DNA of 64,000 bases from Dimorphilus gyrociliatus (lineage: Eukaryota > Animalia > Annelida). The notes under the pieces were generated by a model that saw only the letters and a program-made list of their open reading frames with translations, was not told where the DNA came from and made no database searches. Location: positions 1,632,873-1,696,872 of the forward strand of contig CAJFCJ010000007.1 in assembly GCA_904063045.1 (NCBI GenBank), in the 5' to 3' direction. Within the stretch, counting starts at the first letter, position 1. Each line of letters opens with the position of its first letter. This document shows, in pieces, positions 38,269 to 52,599 of the stretch. The translations under genes and the position numbers were made by a program.

Positions 38269-38932
38269 GAATATGTCAAAACTTTTGAATTTTTAAAAAG
38301 CAAACTTTCTACAATTTTTCAAGAAAAGTGAGAAATCACTATAATAACTGATTATATCTCAAAATGACTTTTTATAAATTGTATTTTTTTGCACGTTTAA
38401 CTAAAATATCATATGCAGTATGCCTATTTTATATTTTCATATAAGAGACTTTTTCTAATGATATTACGAAACCCTTCATGATGTGCTACGTATTGTATTT
38501 ATTTACAAAATAAATATCTATATTAATTTGTTTAAAATTTTTTATTTTCTCTGAAGTATCATAAAAATATTTAATTAATCTCATTCTAAAGCATAATACT
38601 TTCCAAAGCTAATTTTAAAATATTTTTTTATTATTCACATATGATCTCAAAAAAGATAAAATACAACAGCTAAGTGATAATATTATTTATTGAAATTTTG
38701 CTATCGACACTAATTTTACGAGTCATTAAGAATACGTAACGACAAGTCTGCTTACAGTGTATTTTGATCAGTTTCATCAAAATAGCGATATAGTGATAAT
38801 ATAATTTACCTAAAGGTAATTAAACACATTGTAAGTTGTAAACCACAATTTTATTCTGTTATCTCATACATTATACTGATTGATTTTCCTTTTCAGTAGT
38901 TTCGTTGCCGAATTGAACCAAGTTTCACATAG

Positions 38933-40396
<1,464 letters not shown>

Positions 40397-40563
40397 ATTG
40401 ATTTTGCTTGTGTAATAATAATATTTTATATTTTTAGATTGATAAACAAGTCTAAGTCAATTTTGCATGATTTTCAACGAAACAACCGCAGACTAGTGAC
40501 AAGCTGAAAAGTTTGGCCTATGTAAAAAATTCCCCTAACCGGCTTCTCGTGTGAAGATTAACT

Positions 40564-41488
40564 TTAATCCTTATCGAAACCACTATCCTCACTTTTATCG
40601 TTCTTTTCGTAGTACTCCAATTCTTTCATAACAATGTCCATAAAATCCGTTGAATTACTTTTGTAAGCCACAGCTGCTTTAATTGTGTCTTTGAAAACCT
40701 GGAAAATGAAGTTAATAAGATAAGGAGAAATACTTTTCATAAAGTATACCTTAACGACGTTAGTGCCATCTGAAGCTGATACAAAATAAAAGGGCATTTT
40801 GTGTTTTTGAGAAAAATTAAACTTCTTCTTCGTAACATTATAATCAACTATTAAAAACAAAAAATGTAAGTCCATTTTAATTATAAATTATAAGATAAAA
40901 CGCTTACTATCAATTTTGTTTGCGACGCATAAACATGGTATTTCAGCTCGGGCTTCTCGCAATTCTTTATACCAGTTAGAGAGATTTTTATAAGTTATTT
41001 TACGAGATATATCAAAAACTAAAATGCATGCATGCGCTTGATGATAATATGAAGGATGCATGTTGCTGAATCTTTCTTGTCCAGCAGTATCCCAAAAATC
41101 TGGAAATTAATACTGTAGAGGCTACACTTTTTGCTTTCATCTACTTACCAACATTCACCGCTTTTCCATTAACCTCCGTTTTCTTTTTAAACATAGTTAA
41201 TGCATAAGTAGACAATTGTTGAGGTTGGCTAAATGAATATATAATCAAATTAGAATAATTCAAATATCAGTTTTAACATATTTTTAAAACTTACTATTCG
41301 TCCATAAGAAATCTTTCTACAAGTCTAAATACAAACATGAATAAAGTATGTTTAAAAGTCTTGTCGAGCAAAATAATTACTTACTTTGACTTCCCTACTG
41401 CACTATCACCCAGACAAATAATTTTGACTGAGATGGAGTCATCAGTTGAGGGCTTATCATAATCGGGAATTTCACTTGAGTTAGCCAT
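40564..41488 (-). CDS. RABL2: Rab-like protein 2 small GTPase; multi-exon
   Basis: VKIICLGDSAVGKSK, DFWDTAGQERF, SYYHQAHACILVFD, ANKID and FVSASDGTNVV. Confidence 0.92.
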
Positions 41489-41917
41489 TTAGCGTCGTTG
41501 GGAACTATGCGGAAGTTAACCTACCGGAAATATTTAAAAGTTGTTGTGGGATATATCGAAAATATTCTCGAATTAGGATTATACGCCTTTTTCTTCCCAA
41601 TTTACCCAACAAATCGTGTCTATTTCATTTTTAACTGATGTTCATTGTTTTAAAATATTTTACAACGAATATCAAATAAACTATCAAGATTATTTTTCTG
41701 CGATCTTATTATGAATCGCTAAGAAATCAACAAAACGCCAAATCTCTTTGTGAGATGAAACATATTTACGCTATACCAACAATTTAAATGAAGTCGAAGA
41801 TTCTGCTATCAGTGTAATAGATTTTACGTTGAATTGCTTTTAGAAGTTTTAAAATGAAGTTTAAGAGCGATAATAGGTGGATAATTTAAAAACCACAAGA
41901 GCAGCCCATCAAGAAAA

Positions 41918-43747
41918 ATGTCGAATGAAATACGAACGATCGATGTTTCTCAATTATCAGAAGCAGTAAATATTTTGTCCACATTGCCTCAAAGTCATCA
42001 GTCAGAAAATGAATATCAACTGGATGCTGATAGACCAGAATCTATTAGCGATCAACAAATTATCGTTTTGGACAACAATTTTTTGAAGTTGATGGAAGAA
42101 TCAACAAATACAAATGACTCAACAAGTGAACAAGTAGAAGCTGTTGAAAGTGTTGTAACTATTGAATCTACAAGTGATCTTAAAAATTTAGCTCGCAAAC
42201 CTGATAGAAAGATTAGACCCGATAAACCTTTACCCGTAACTCTTTTAGTACCAGCAAAAAATAATCGAAAAAATTACTTTCATGGTAGGAGTTCTTCCTT
42301 ATTTTAAAAGTTAAATAAAAAAATATGCTTTCCTTGAGATAGTTAAGAAACTTTACATCGATAATTGCGATAGCCGGGTGAACATAACTGAAGACGAGGA
42401 TGATACTACGAACAATTTTTCAGGATCATGTAAGTACTTAAACGATTTTAATAAGATAATATTTATTATAAATTATATCCTGCAGATTGCATTCACTGTG
42501 ACAAATATTTTGACGAAACGAAGAAGTGTACACAGCACTGCGTTATGTTCAAGCATGTTAAGGACACCCCAATCCAGTGTAAAGCCCTGATTACTCTTCC
42601 TAGTGTTCTAACATATAGTCCTCAATATGGTGCTTAATTAAATCGATATGTTCCAACAGTCAAGTAATAAATGATAATTTCGAATAGGGATCCGCGCTCG
42701 AATACCTTTAAATGAAGGGACTAAATTTGGTCCTTTGGATGGAAGAAGAGAGCCTAGCTCTTCTAACATTTATGAAAACTCGCATGTTTGGAAGGTATTC
42801 ACCGATTCGTTTAAATATTTCTATTTAGATCTGAATGATGACCAACAATCAAACTGGATGAGATATCTTAAAAGAGCCATAAGATCAAGTGAAGTGAATT
42901 TGATAGCTTATCAAGAGAAAGAAAACATATACATGGTCACAAAAAGACGCATTAAAAAAGACGAACAGTTATTGTATTGGTATAGCGGTCGATACGCTGA
43001 TCTTTTAGGTCTGTCATTTGTAAAAGTAATATATAGCTTCTTGGAAAGTAAAAAGATTTTCTTACAATACAGGTATCTTTCAAACACCTGAAGATAGCTA
43101 TCGGTGTACTTTGTGTCAGAAAATCTTTGCCGACGAGTCGACTTTAAAAAATCACACCAAATATAAACATTCAAATGGATCTGGAAAGCTTGAATGCCGA
43201 ATTTGTGGACTAAAATGCGTTTCGCAAACAAGGCTCGACATGCATCTAAATACGCACAATGGAACGAAACCTTTTCATTGTTCGGAATGCGATAAAACGT
43301 TCGGCGATTTAAGTAATTTGAGGCGGCATCATGCCATTCATACGGGTGCGAAAATCTTTGATATGCATGTATTTCATATAAATAACAATAAATTATGTGT
43401 TTATTTTAGGTGAAAAAAAGCATGTTTGCAAGGAGTGCGGAAAAGCTTTCCGTCAGAAAACTCACCTTAAAAGCCATAGCCTTATTCATACGGGTGAGAG
43501 AAGGTTACAATGCACTTTCTGCGGAAAAAGATTTTCAAGATATTCTGACTTAAAAGTTCATGAGAACAAACATACGAGGTCAAAAATTTTCAAATGCCCG
43601 GTCCAAGGCTGCTCATCCGAATTTCTTCGATCGTGGACGAGACGTGATCATATGGCTAAACTACACGAAGATGAATATGATTGTAACTTTTGTGATGAAA
43701 GAGTTAATGACGGTGTTGAACATTTGAAGAGTTGCATAGGCGTATAA
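41918..43747 (+). CDS. PR/SET-domain C2H2 zinc finger transcription factor (PRDM family); multi-exon
   Basis: Zinc-knuckle-like exon (CIHC...CTQHC...VKDTP...LP), PR domain (GTKFGP, SNWMRY, NL.AYQ, LLYWY) and about 7 C2H2 fingers with TGEK-type linkers. Orthology within PRDM is unresolved. Confidence 0.8.
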
Positions 43748-43783
43748 TACGGGTTAAAGAAATATGTAAAAGTGTTTAATGAA

Positions 43784-46700
43784 CAGGTGCCCAAAAGCTA
43801 CATTTTATCTCCCGTATATCGAAAATCTGCGCGAGAGCATAAATATCGCATATCACTTCTGACCGCTAGAGGCGCTGGTTATGGGTCAAAGGTTGACTTA
43901 AATTTCTTGCTCTGGGACAAGAGCAGATGCGGTGATTAGAGTCGTAAAAATGACGCTGATTGCATAATCAGAATCTGATCTTCTTGAACACGTTCGCCTG
44001 AAGCGAGGGTTAAAAACGAACGTGAGGTGTTCAATCGCTTAACTGCTCAACTTTCTCTAAGAGTATCACTCGAAATTTGAGAGAATTCGCCAACTTCTAC
44101 ATCTTCGAACGTGATAGGCGTTAAAATACCCCATTACAACATCGGCTCTTTTCATGTAGACTGATGACGTGAAAACGCTGGTATCAATTCGGAATTCAAT
44201 TCCATTTCTTACGTTCGTGTGGGTTCTACTATTCTTGCAAGAAATGCAAACACGCGTTTTTTAATGTTGCGAGTTGATGGATCGGCATCTGCTTGGCACC
44301 TGTCAATCAAAAATCTTTACGGCGTCCATGACGTCAAAAAGAACTAGACAAAAGCAGTAAAAACTAAAAGTTTTTCGCTCATTAAAAGTTTCAATTGACT
44401 AAAGCCTTTCATTTGGGTTGAAAACGCTAAACAAACTGTCCTAAATCAAAGAGAGTACAGCCTAAACATACAAGTGAACGGATCTTCCTTGCAGTTATTC
44501 CTCGTTCATCGGAAGCACCTGTCGCGTGTCGAACGACGCTCAAATTCTGTACTTGTGTTTTGAGGACAAACATTATTTTTTATACTCATATCACTCAACT
44601 GTGTAATATGTTGTCCTAAACTATTTAAGCAGTTCTGTTTGCCAGAGGTTATTTGATATTTTTGACTAAGGTAGGAGAGGATATTACATTTGGTATAAAA
44701 CGCACCTGTCGTTATCTTATCGCCTCGTTTGACGTATTATGTAATGCCGGTAACTTTGATGGAAAATATCAGACAGAAATACACCACGTTTAAGAATTAA
44801 TTGCTATATAAAATTCGGGATCGACAATCACTTTCTTCGCGGTCATTACGGTCAAACAGGTCTGTAGCCTAGGGTAAATGAGTCCACCTGGCTCAAGCAA
44901 AATTAGACCAGACACAGAATATTTTTCTTCTATTTCGGGAGTATCGCACAATTGCGTAACAAGAGAGACATTGCACAGGCTTTGTGCGATTACTACCTTA
45001 CGCTTCAAATAAGCCGACGCTACTAATCAATTTCGAATTTCAGTCTTACATAACTATATCCCATCGGGAATCGGAAGGTCGATCGCTACGGGCGTTCCTT
45101 TACCATAAAACTTGGATGAGTACTTGCCAAACAGGATTTGCCGTGACAATATTCATCACGCGAATACCAGTCACGCCATTTTTTTCTCTTTAGCCAAATG
45201 ATTTGTTTAACTCTGTGGGTAGTTTTTTACAGTTCTTAATTAAGCTTGTCACTTAACAACGCACCTGTAGGCCTTGAGTGGTCATCGAGCACTGAAGCGC
45301 TCGGCTTTATTAGAACCCGTTCAAATTTCTATACATAAAAAGAAAGTAGATTTGTGGGAGAATTGTAAAGCACTTGAATAAATTCATATTTCTTAGAGAA
45401 AATTTGGCTAGCGGCCATCCGACCCGATCTCCTTTGACCTTCTAAGGTGGTGGTCGTTTTTCTCTATTTCGAACCATGGTCAGCTAGATTTTATCAATTT
45501 GACTTGGTTGAACGTGGGGAATCTTGAATCTCCTTTTCGATTAATAGACAAGAAGGGTATATATAGTTTACCCATAGCACACAAATGGACTAATACCACT
45601 CTAGTCTTGGAGCGATGACAGCTTCGAGTTGTCAGCTCGTGACTTACAGGTGTTGGCTTAATTGTCACTTATATGGTTTATACAGGACAATCGGGAGTTG
45701 CACACCTGTATACGTAGATTTGAGGTGATGGTCGAAAGAGACGCTCTGCGTGCTAACTATTCGTATAGTGATTGATGTAAATGACTCAAATCGTTCTTAA
45801 TTGGCCATTCGGTGCACGTTCCTATATAGCAGGTGCGGACCTCTTCCCTCCGGTACTATAAGGTTCTGTCTAGCAATTAATTCGCGCGTATGTAATCAAA
45901 GAGAGTTAAATTTCGGGAATATCAAGAACAAAACTATCTTAGGTTAAAAGGGTTCGTGGAGTATCACTTTCCATAAAACTATCTGGGAGGAGGGTGAAGG
46001 GGGCCGCCAAGTAGCTGTTGATTATGCAATAGTCGGCTCAGATGAAACATTTTGCTATCAGGAGAAGATGAGCGAGAATTGTGCAAATATTTCCCTTTTT
46101 AGCGCCTTTTCCCTTTTATATTAGAAAATTACATGTAACAGTCGTCGCCCCCTAAAATACCTGTGATAACTATATTCTGAAAGATTCGGGTTTTAGAAGT
46201 AGCGCGTCTGAAAGCACTTTGCAATCAAGAAATAACACTCGAAAGGGGGCACCTGTTAATGATAGAAACTCTTCTTTTTCTTCTATAGGGAATATGCGTC
46301 GACGCGTTCAACTAATTATTTTCCTATTTTACCAACTCGAAGCTCTGGGAAAAAAACTAGTGAGATGGTAATCAGCGTCAATAGCACCTGCTTCCATCGG
46401 CCGTTAAAATAATAATATTTTGATTTCGTCAAACCAAACGCGCGAGGTATTCTTGTATGATAAACGAGAAAAAAGAAAATAAGGAAGAGAACAGATGCAG
46501 ATGTTTGACAACGTTGCGTGATATGCTGTTTAAGCGAGCTCATCCGAAGAGGTCGTAGGTTAGGTGCTTCTTATGACGGAAGCGAATCTAATGCACCTGT
46601 CTCACGAATCCTAGCATTCGTCTAAGGATGTAAGCAAAGGCCGAAGTAAAAATATTATGTTTTTATATAGATATTCAAATGAACCATTTTGCTCTAAACC

Positions 46701-47652
46701 GCAGTTCTTTTTCAATGTCATTCGATCGTGCGCGTGTCACACATCTCAGCTTACAATTCTAAACTATAGTAAGCCGGAAGAAGTGTATAGGAAATCGACG
46801 ATCGGCAAATTTTCGCCCTCGGAGTCGAAACCCTCGAAAATAAATCCTTCTTAGTACTCAACCGTCTTTTACGGGTCTTCAAAACTAACAATCTTTAAGC
46901 CCAGAGGCACAGTTTCATAGAGCACCTGTCCTTTTATGTTATTCTCTGCATCTATTGCATCACTTATGCCTTTAATTAAAATTAAATAACTAGATATGTA
47001 CGTGAAATAGAAAAATGCTATTAAAAAAGCTGGAGTATAGTTAATAGACGGAAAGCGAAAACTTAAAAAGGTAAAGTTATAAATTAGCTCTTACAGGTGT
47101 ATTGTAAAGCTCATAACTTTTGCAATTTTGTCATCAACCGCCACTTCGCAGCTGCTCGATGTATATTTTATTCCCTTAATGGTACACATTTATGTTTTAT
47201 TGTAAGAGACAGATTTTTTCTATCCATATCCTGTTTTAATGTGCTCAAAAAAATGTAGTTGCATGTCAATTTGATGCATGCTATATATAAGAATCTATAT
47301 ATACATAGTGTATATACCGATTACGTATATAAATGCGGGCTTTTGTCACGCTGAGAATATAAAAAGTACGATAGGAATCCGTGGGGTATGAATAAAAAGT
47401 TTCGACTTGAATATATTTGTTTTTATATAAATGTCGCTTATATAGTATGCGTAAGCCTCCAGCGGTTTAACCGCTCCTTTTGAACTATAGAGAAACGGGA
47501 GAGGAGGTATAATTAAATAGTTACGACTTCTTTAATAAATTCAGAGGGTTAAGAGAGGAAAACGCGGGTAATTAGAGTTTCTTTTTAAGTGTGAGAATTA
47601 AAGGTTAATTTTCCATTCAATACAGTTAGAAAGAGCGAAAACGAGCCAGGTG
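43784..47652. promoter_or_regulatory. Homotypic cluster of 15 CAGGTG E-boxes, 13 of them RCAGGTGY; putative Snail/Scratch/ZEB or proneural enhancer array
   Basis: Sites counted by eye at 43784, 44297, 44516, 44703, 44885, 45262, 45647, 45703, 45830, 46250, 46385, 46594, 46923, 47094 and 47647. No credible CDS lies in the interval. Confidence 0.6.
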
Positions 47653-49413
47653 AGCAATATTTTTTATTTTTATTATTATTGTATTGAACTATTGGAGTTG
47701 TCGTAAGTACGAGACCCCTTCTACGACTTTTTTTGCTTCCATAAAAAGGCGGAAAAGATATAAATCAAACGTCTGAGAATCTCATCAACAATCCTCTATC
47801 GACATTCTTTCCGGGCCTAACCTCGTCGCTCGGTTCTCTTTTATAATAGGCTTATAGGTCGAAGGGAAGCGATTATCTTTAGGGAGGGTAGGAGCTGTCA
47901 GATGAACAAAGAACGCGTTTTCTGCTCCTCAACGTTCTGTGGCAGGCGTTTGTAACCTTTTTTCCATAAGAACATACTCTCCTCGTGATTTCGAAAGGGT
48001 ATTTTCTGACAGTCGTCATTACCCGGGCCTGTAATTTTAAGCCGAGCCTGCAGGCCCTTTTGTGCTCTTCTTGTCCAAAAAAAAGTTAACGTTCCACAAG
48101 GATCTTTAGGGAATAGTTGGCACATTAACAATTCCTAATATTTACATCGTATCGAGATAAAACGTAAATTGCATCCTCTTTTCACTACGTCATTTTAGAA
48201 TGCATAAAGATTACTATCTAAATGTCTATTTTGCATGTGGCGTCAAGCAGCGTCTCCTTCTCTAACTTCCGCAGTTTTATTCACTATACATCCAAACCGT
48301 TAAAACAAGCCGTCCCCATCAAAGGATACTTTAATTGACCTATTTCTAGTATAATTAATGGCGTGCAATTCGGTTAATTTTATGCTTCGTCTGCCTTCAC
48401 CAGACGGCCAAAACTTGTTTTCCTATCGAAAATATGTTAATTATTGAGCGGTCAAATAGTTGTAAGCGCGAAATAGAGATGGAGAAATATAGGCCACTTC
48501 TGAGTTTTCCTTTTCATATGTCGGCGATTTCAATAGCACTAAGAGAATTAGTGCACTACTCGAACGTTTGCGCATGCTTACCTTCGCTTTAAGAAATCTC
48601 TTTTCAAGATTATGACATCATTGCTTGCTATTAGTGAGTAGTGTTAAAATTGACGTCAATTCTGGAAGTAGATGTCTTTCTGTCATTTCAAGCTTGGTCG
48701 TCAGATGGTTAAGTATAGCACATATTTTAACATTTTACTACCCTAAGAATAAATTTTTTTCAGCAGAATAATTTATCTTCATCAAATTCGTTTTCGAGCA
48801 TTCCCTCCCAACGATCAACTTGCTTTTTACTTCTTTCACAGGATCATAAAGGTATAGGCCTATTTTGTGACTACATTATAACTGACGCCTAACGTGCGAA
48901 AGCGCATGCAATACTTATACAATAAAACGCTGAAATGATGTAAGATTACTCTCTACGCAATTAGCATTAGCATTAAAATCTCCAATAAAATTCTTAAATT
49001 AAAGTCAGGTCAATTTGTTATTGCAAAGCATTGCGTGTGGACTTTCACTTTTAATAGAGTATACGAAGTTTTGACGTTTTATTGATATTATCCGCATCCG
49101 TTAAACTTTATCTAAATTGTATTTAAATGATTAAATGACCGCCTCCTTGAACGGCAGTTAGAGATAGTACACGGATTCGACATTTTGAATGGTCGAAAAC
49201 GAGAATATTTAAATAGGACAGGTATTTAAAAAAAGGGAAATTATGAGAATATTTATGATATTTAAAGCAGATTAAAAAAGCGTTTAAAAAACATAAGCCG
49301 CAATAAAGTAATCGATCTGTAGTAACGTAAATCGACCATCCAATCGTCTTTCAGTAGAGGCGTGGTCTATTCTATTCATCTGAACCGCCATACAATTCAG
49401 TCGAGTCTTAGAC

Positions 49414-50367
49414 ATGGCCCGAGTAAGAGATGAAATTAACAGAACACCTTTGCAGGATATTTCTAACTGCTCTGCTGGGGAACTCCGTCTGAGCGACCTT
49501 GAAACGTCGAGGAATACAATAGAAGATCTCTTGGATAATTCTTTACCTTTCGATATGTTCTCGATCAACAGCTGCTCAATATCTGGTCAAATATCATCAG
49601 CGAAAAAAAGAAGAAAGTCAGCAACATCAATTAATGATGAAAATCGACCTCCTTTCAGAACTTCACTTTTAAATTGTATTGGTCTCAGTCCTCCAAGTGA
49701 TGAGAATTGTAAAACGGCATGTATTCAAAGACTATCTCCGTGTTCCGGCTATAGTAGTGACAATAGTAGGCCTAAAGCACTATCAAATGGTTCATCTACG
49801 GCATTTAGACGTGTAGCCTCATCGTCGTCGGCCTCCAGCCAAGATACACTAGAGAATTCGATTAAATCGGCTCCAGCCTTTCCTTCTACCATCAGACTGC
49901 CATTAACCGATTTCAGACCAAATTCCCTCGATATTCCCCGTAGGCCAAGAGAAAGAATAGTCCCACCAGACGCTGGGTACACATTGCCAAATAAAACTTG
50001 CTCCTTAGAAAGATGTAGTCTCCGCTCCGCTTCGCCTCACGATCTCTCCTTTCATGCCGATCACGTTTATGCTACTATCGATGATTACAATCAAAAAAGG
50101 GTCACTTCTATGGCTCCGACATTACCTCCTCGAAGAAAAGTACAAAAAAGAAAAACCATTGCGACAAGGATGAAAGATACTGATATAGTTGAATTAGATT
50201 CTGCTCATGTTTATACTGTCAAAGATGTTTTGCAAAGTTACGCGGAATTCACAGCGGATGTTCCAATGGATGAATTTAGAAAAGGAGCAAAAATTTCGAA
50301 AGTTAGAACTGTAGACGGTTCAGCTAATATTTTCAAACCAGTCTTGCCAGCTCCTACCCTCTTGTAA
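49414..50367 (+). CDS. Orphan 317-aa Ser-rich, probably disordered protein with an N-terminal D-box-like motif; intronless
   Basis: Uninterrupted 954-bp ATG-TAA ORF in AT-rich noncoding surroundings, with coding-like composition. Motifs include RTPLQDISN, KKRRK, DENRPP, HVYATID and PTLPPRRK. No family recognised. Confidence 0.65.
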   Translation: MARVRDEINRTPLQDISNCSAGELRLSDLETSRNTIEDLLDNSLPFDMFSINSCSISGQISSAKKRRKSATSINDENRPPFRTSLLNCIGLSPPSDENCKTACIQRLSPCSGYSSDNSRPKALSNGSSTAFRRVASSSSASSQDTLENSIKSAPAFPSTIRLPLTDFRPNSLDIPRRPRERIVPPDAGYTLPNKTCSLERCSLRSASPHDLSFHADHVYATIDDYNQKRVTSMAPTLPPRRKVQKRKTIATRMKDTDIVELDSAHVYTVKDVLQSYAEFTADVPMDEFRKGAKISKVRTVDGSANIFKPVLPAPTLL

Positions 50368-50665
50368 CCGGAAGCGAGAAGAAAAGAAGCGACTTGGGTG
50401 GCTTTTTCAGGCCTGAAACGGGATTCGGCAGTGGGGTCAACTATCATTGAATTATGTGCTGCTTAACCGCTCTGCGATTACTTCCCTCTTTCCCATTTAT
50501 CGATTGACTGTGTTGAACTCCGGAGGAAGTGACTATGTGAAGGAACGCATATGCTGTAAACTATAATAGTGTCACTCAGCACGATATTACCCGTCTTTAC
50601 GACATCTGGTCATGTGCCGAAGGCTGTTCAGAATATTCAGTATTGTTATTCTAACTGCAATTGTG

Positions 50666-50695
50666 TGTAAATACAATTTATGACTGTTGTACATA
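50666..50695 (+). promoter_or_regulatory. Two Pumilio-type elements in the putative 3' UTR of the orphan ORF
   Basis: TGTAAATA at 50666-50673 and TGTACATA at 50688-50695 both match UGUAHAUA. Confidence 0.4.
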
Positions 50696-50733
50696 TAATT
50701 AAGTATAAGATATACTAGGCCTGAAACACCAAC

Positions 50734-52599
50734 CCGACAGATGGCGTTTACGGTAAATTAAACTTGAACAGTAGGAAGGTAATCATACTGTAAAATTGTA
50801 ATTGCAACACGCTAAGGATGTTGCGTAAAAATTGCAGATGCCGACTTTTTGAGATTTTGCATTAAGTTTTATAAAGAAATTGGTCAAGTATGCAAAAATA
50901 CGTTTACCGTGAGAACGCCGGTCACTTCAAAGAGACGCTTTGAACGGAGGAACAAACACGAGTACAAAAGAAATGAATAGCAATAGGGCCTTGTTCATTT
51001 TTTACTTTAGGCCATATAAAGATCGAGCCGCTCGTTTTATATTCATTGTCGCTTCTAATGGTCAGCAGAAGTGTAAATATATGCATAATGAATCGAGCAA
51101 ACATATTTACAATTTCCTTCCTCCCCAAATTAATTCAAATACCTTCCGAAATCCTTCTCCCTCTCTATTACCTGTAATTAACACTTGCCAGTGGTCAACA
51201 CGTGCTGAGGTTTTAACCTTTGACTGACCCGATTCGAATCACGTGATAACTGATTGACGTACACGCTACATTAACAATTGTTGAAAGGCTAATTGGAAGT
51301 TTCTTAGATAAACATATGCCGCAGTTAAAACTTATCAATTTGAAAATTAAGAGAATTTAATGCCTTTAAAAGCGAAGTACTCTTTTTAATTAGTAAAATT
51401 GTCGAAAGAGAACTTTCTTTCAAGTTAGTTTAAGTTGTTGCGTACAGATGCATACTGTTGTGCCCTCTTTTCCAAATCATTAAAGTAATTTCTTTTGATA
51501 AATACTCATATCAAAAATCAATTAATTCTAATGACTTGTGAAATGGAAAAGTGATTGAAATAAATTAGAAATATTGTACTATGAAGATTTTTAAATGGTA
51601 TTCTAGTTTTGTCATTATGCGAATATAATAGGTATATGTTTTCTATAATTTGAATTTACTAGATGGCGTTACTTGAATATATTAAATGGAAAAAAATTAA
51701 GGTAACTCTTTCTGTGTATTGAAACAATAAAAATCTGGCAAGTTGATATTACATGTTTATTATATTTTTATTATTATTAACGAATAAAGTAATACATTTC
51801 TACATAAAACATTTTGTAAAACAAGTTTAATTATATTCTTATCCATCGATAAAATTTTAAGCATGTAAAAAGCACAAATTTGCGCAGTGTAACAAAAGTT
51901 CTACTCTTTTATATAATTAACAAATAATTTTTTGCGTTACTTGCTTTCATGTGCTACGTAACACATATACATGTTACAATTATAACTTTATGATTGACAA
52001 ATACATGGTTCAAGTGATTAAATAACATGCACATTTAGTTTAAGTAATGAATCTTTCACCGGATTGCAAACAGATATTCCTCCTTGAAACGTCATATTTA
52101 TTCTCAAGCAGCACTCCGAAAAAGGCTTTGACCAACAATGAATTAGTTGATATTAATATAAAATGCAGTTTGGCACATTGGAATTTTCCATGACTTTAAT
52201 GAGTTGGACAAGGAGGTAAGTCACACAATCGACGCTCAAGATTTTTGCAATCAGACCCATACAGAACTTTTCGTGTCCTTTCCTTTACAATTCGTACATA
52301 ATTTCGTGGACTCCTACAACTTCTGCTACATTTTGACCATTCAGACCAAGGCCCAACTGCACAACAACTTCTCTTGTCTCTGCCTACGCATTGTTTAGAT
52401 TTCTTTAATTTTGTAGGACATTGCTTTCCGCCATTAGCAGATTTTCGAAGAATTCTTCGCGTTTTATATTTAAGACAAGAGTCTTTATTACACTTGGACC
52501 ATTTAGACCATTTTGATACTCTACAATGAATTGGTGAAGATCCCGAGACATAATCTGAAGTACAGAAAATGATTTTAAATATAAATACTAGATGGCGCT
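50734..52599 (+). promoter_or_regulatory. Three co-oriented CTCF-like motifs
   Basis: CCGACAGATGGCGT, TTACTAGATGGCGT and ATACTAGATGGCGC. The AGATGGCG cores start at 50739, 51661 and 52590. Confidence 0.4.

Noticed and set aside
51185-51246. tRNA-like look (CAGTGGTC ... GATTCGAATC)
   Set aside because: D, anticodon and T stems cannot be paired into a cloverleaf.
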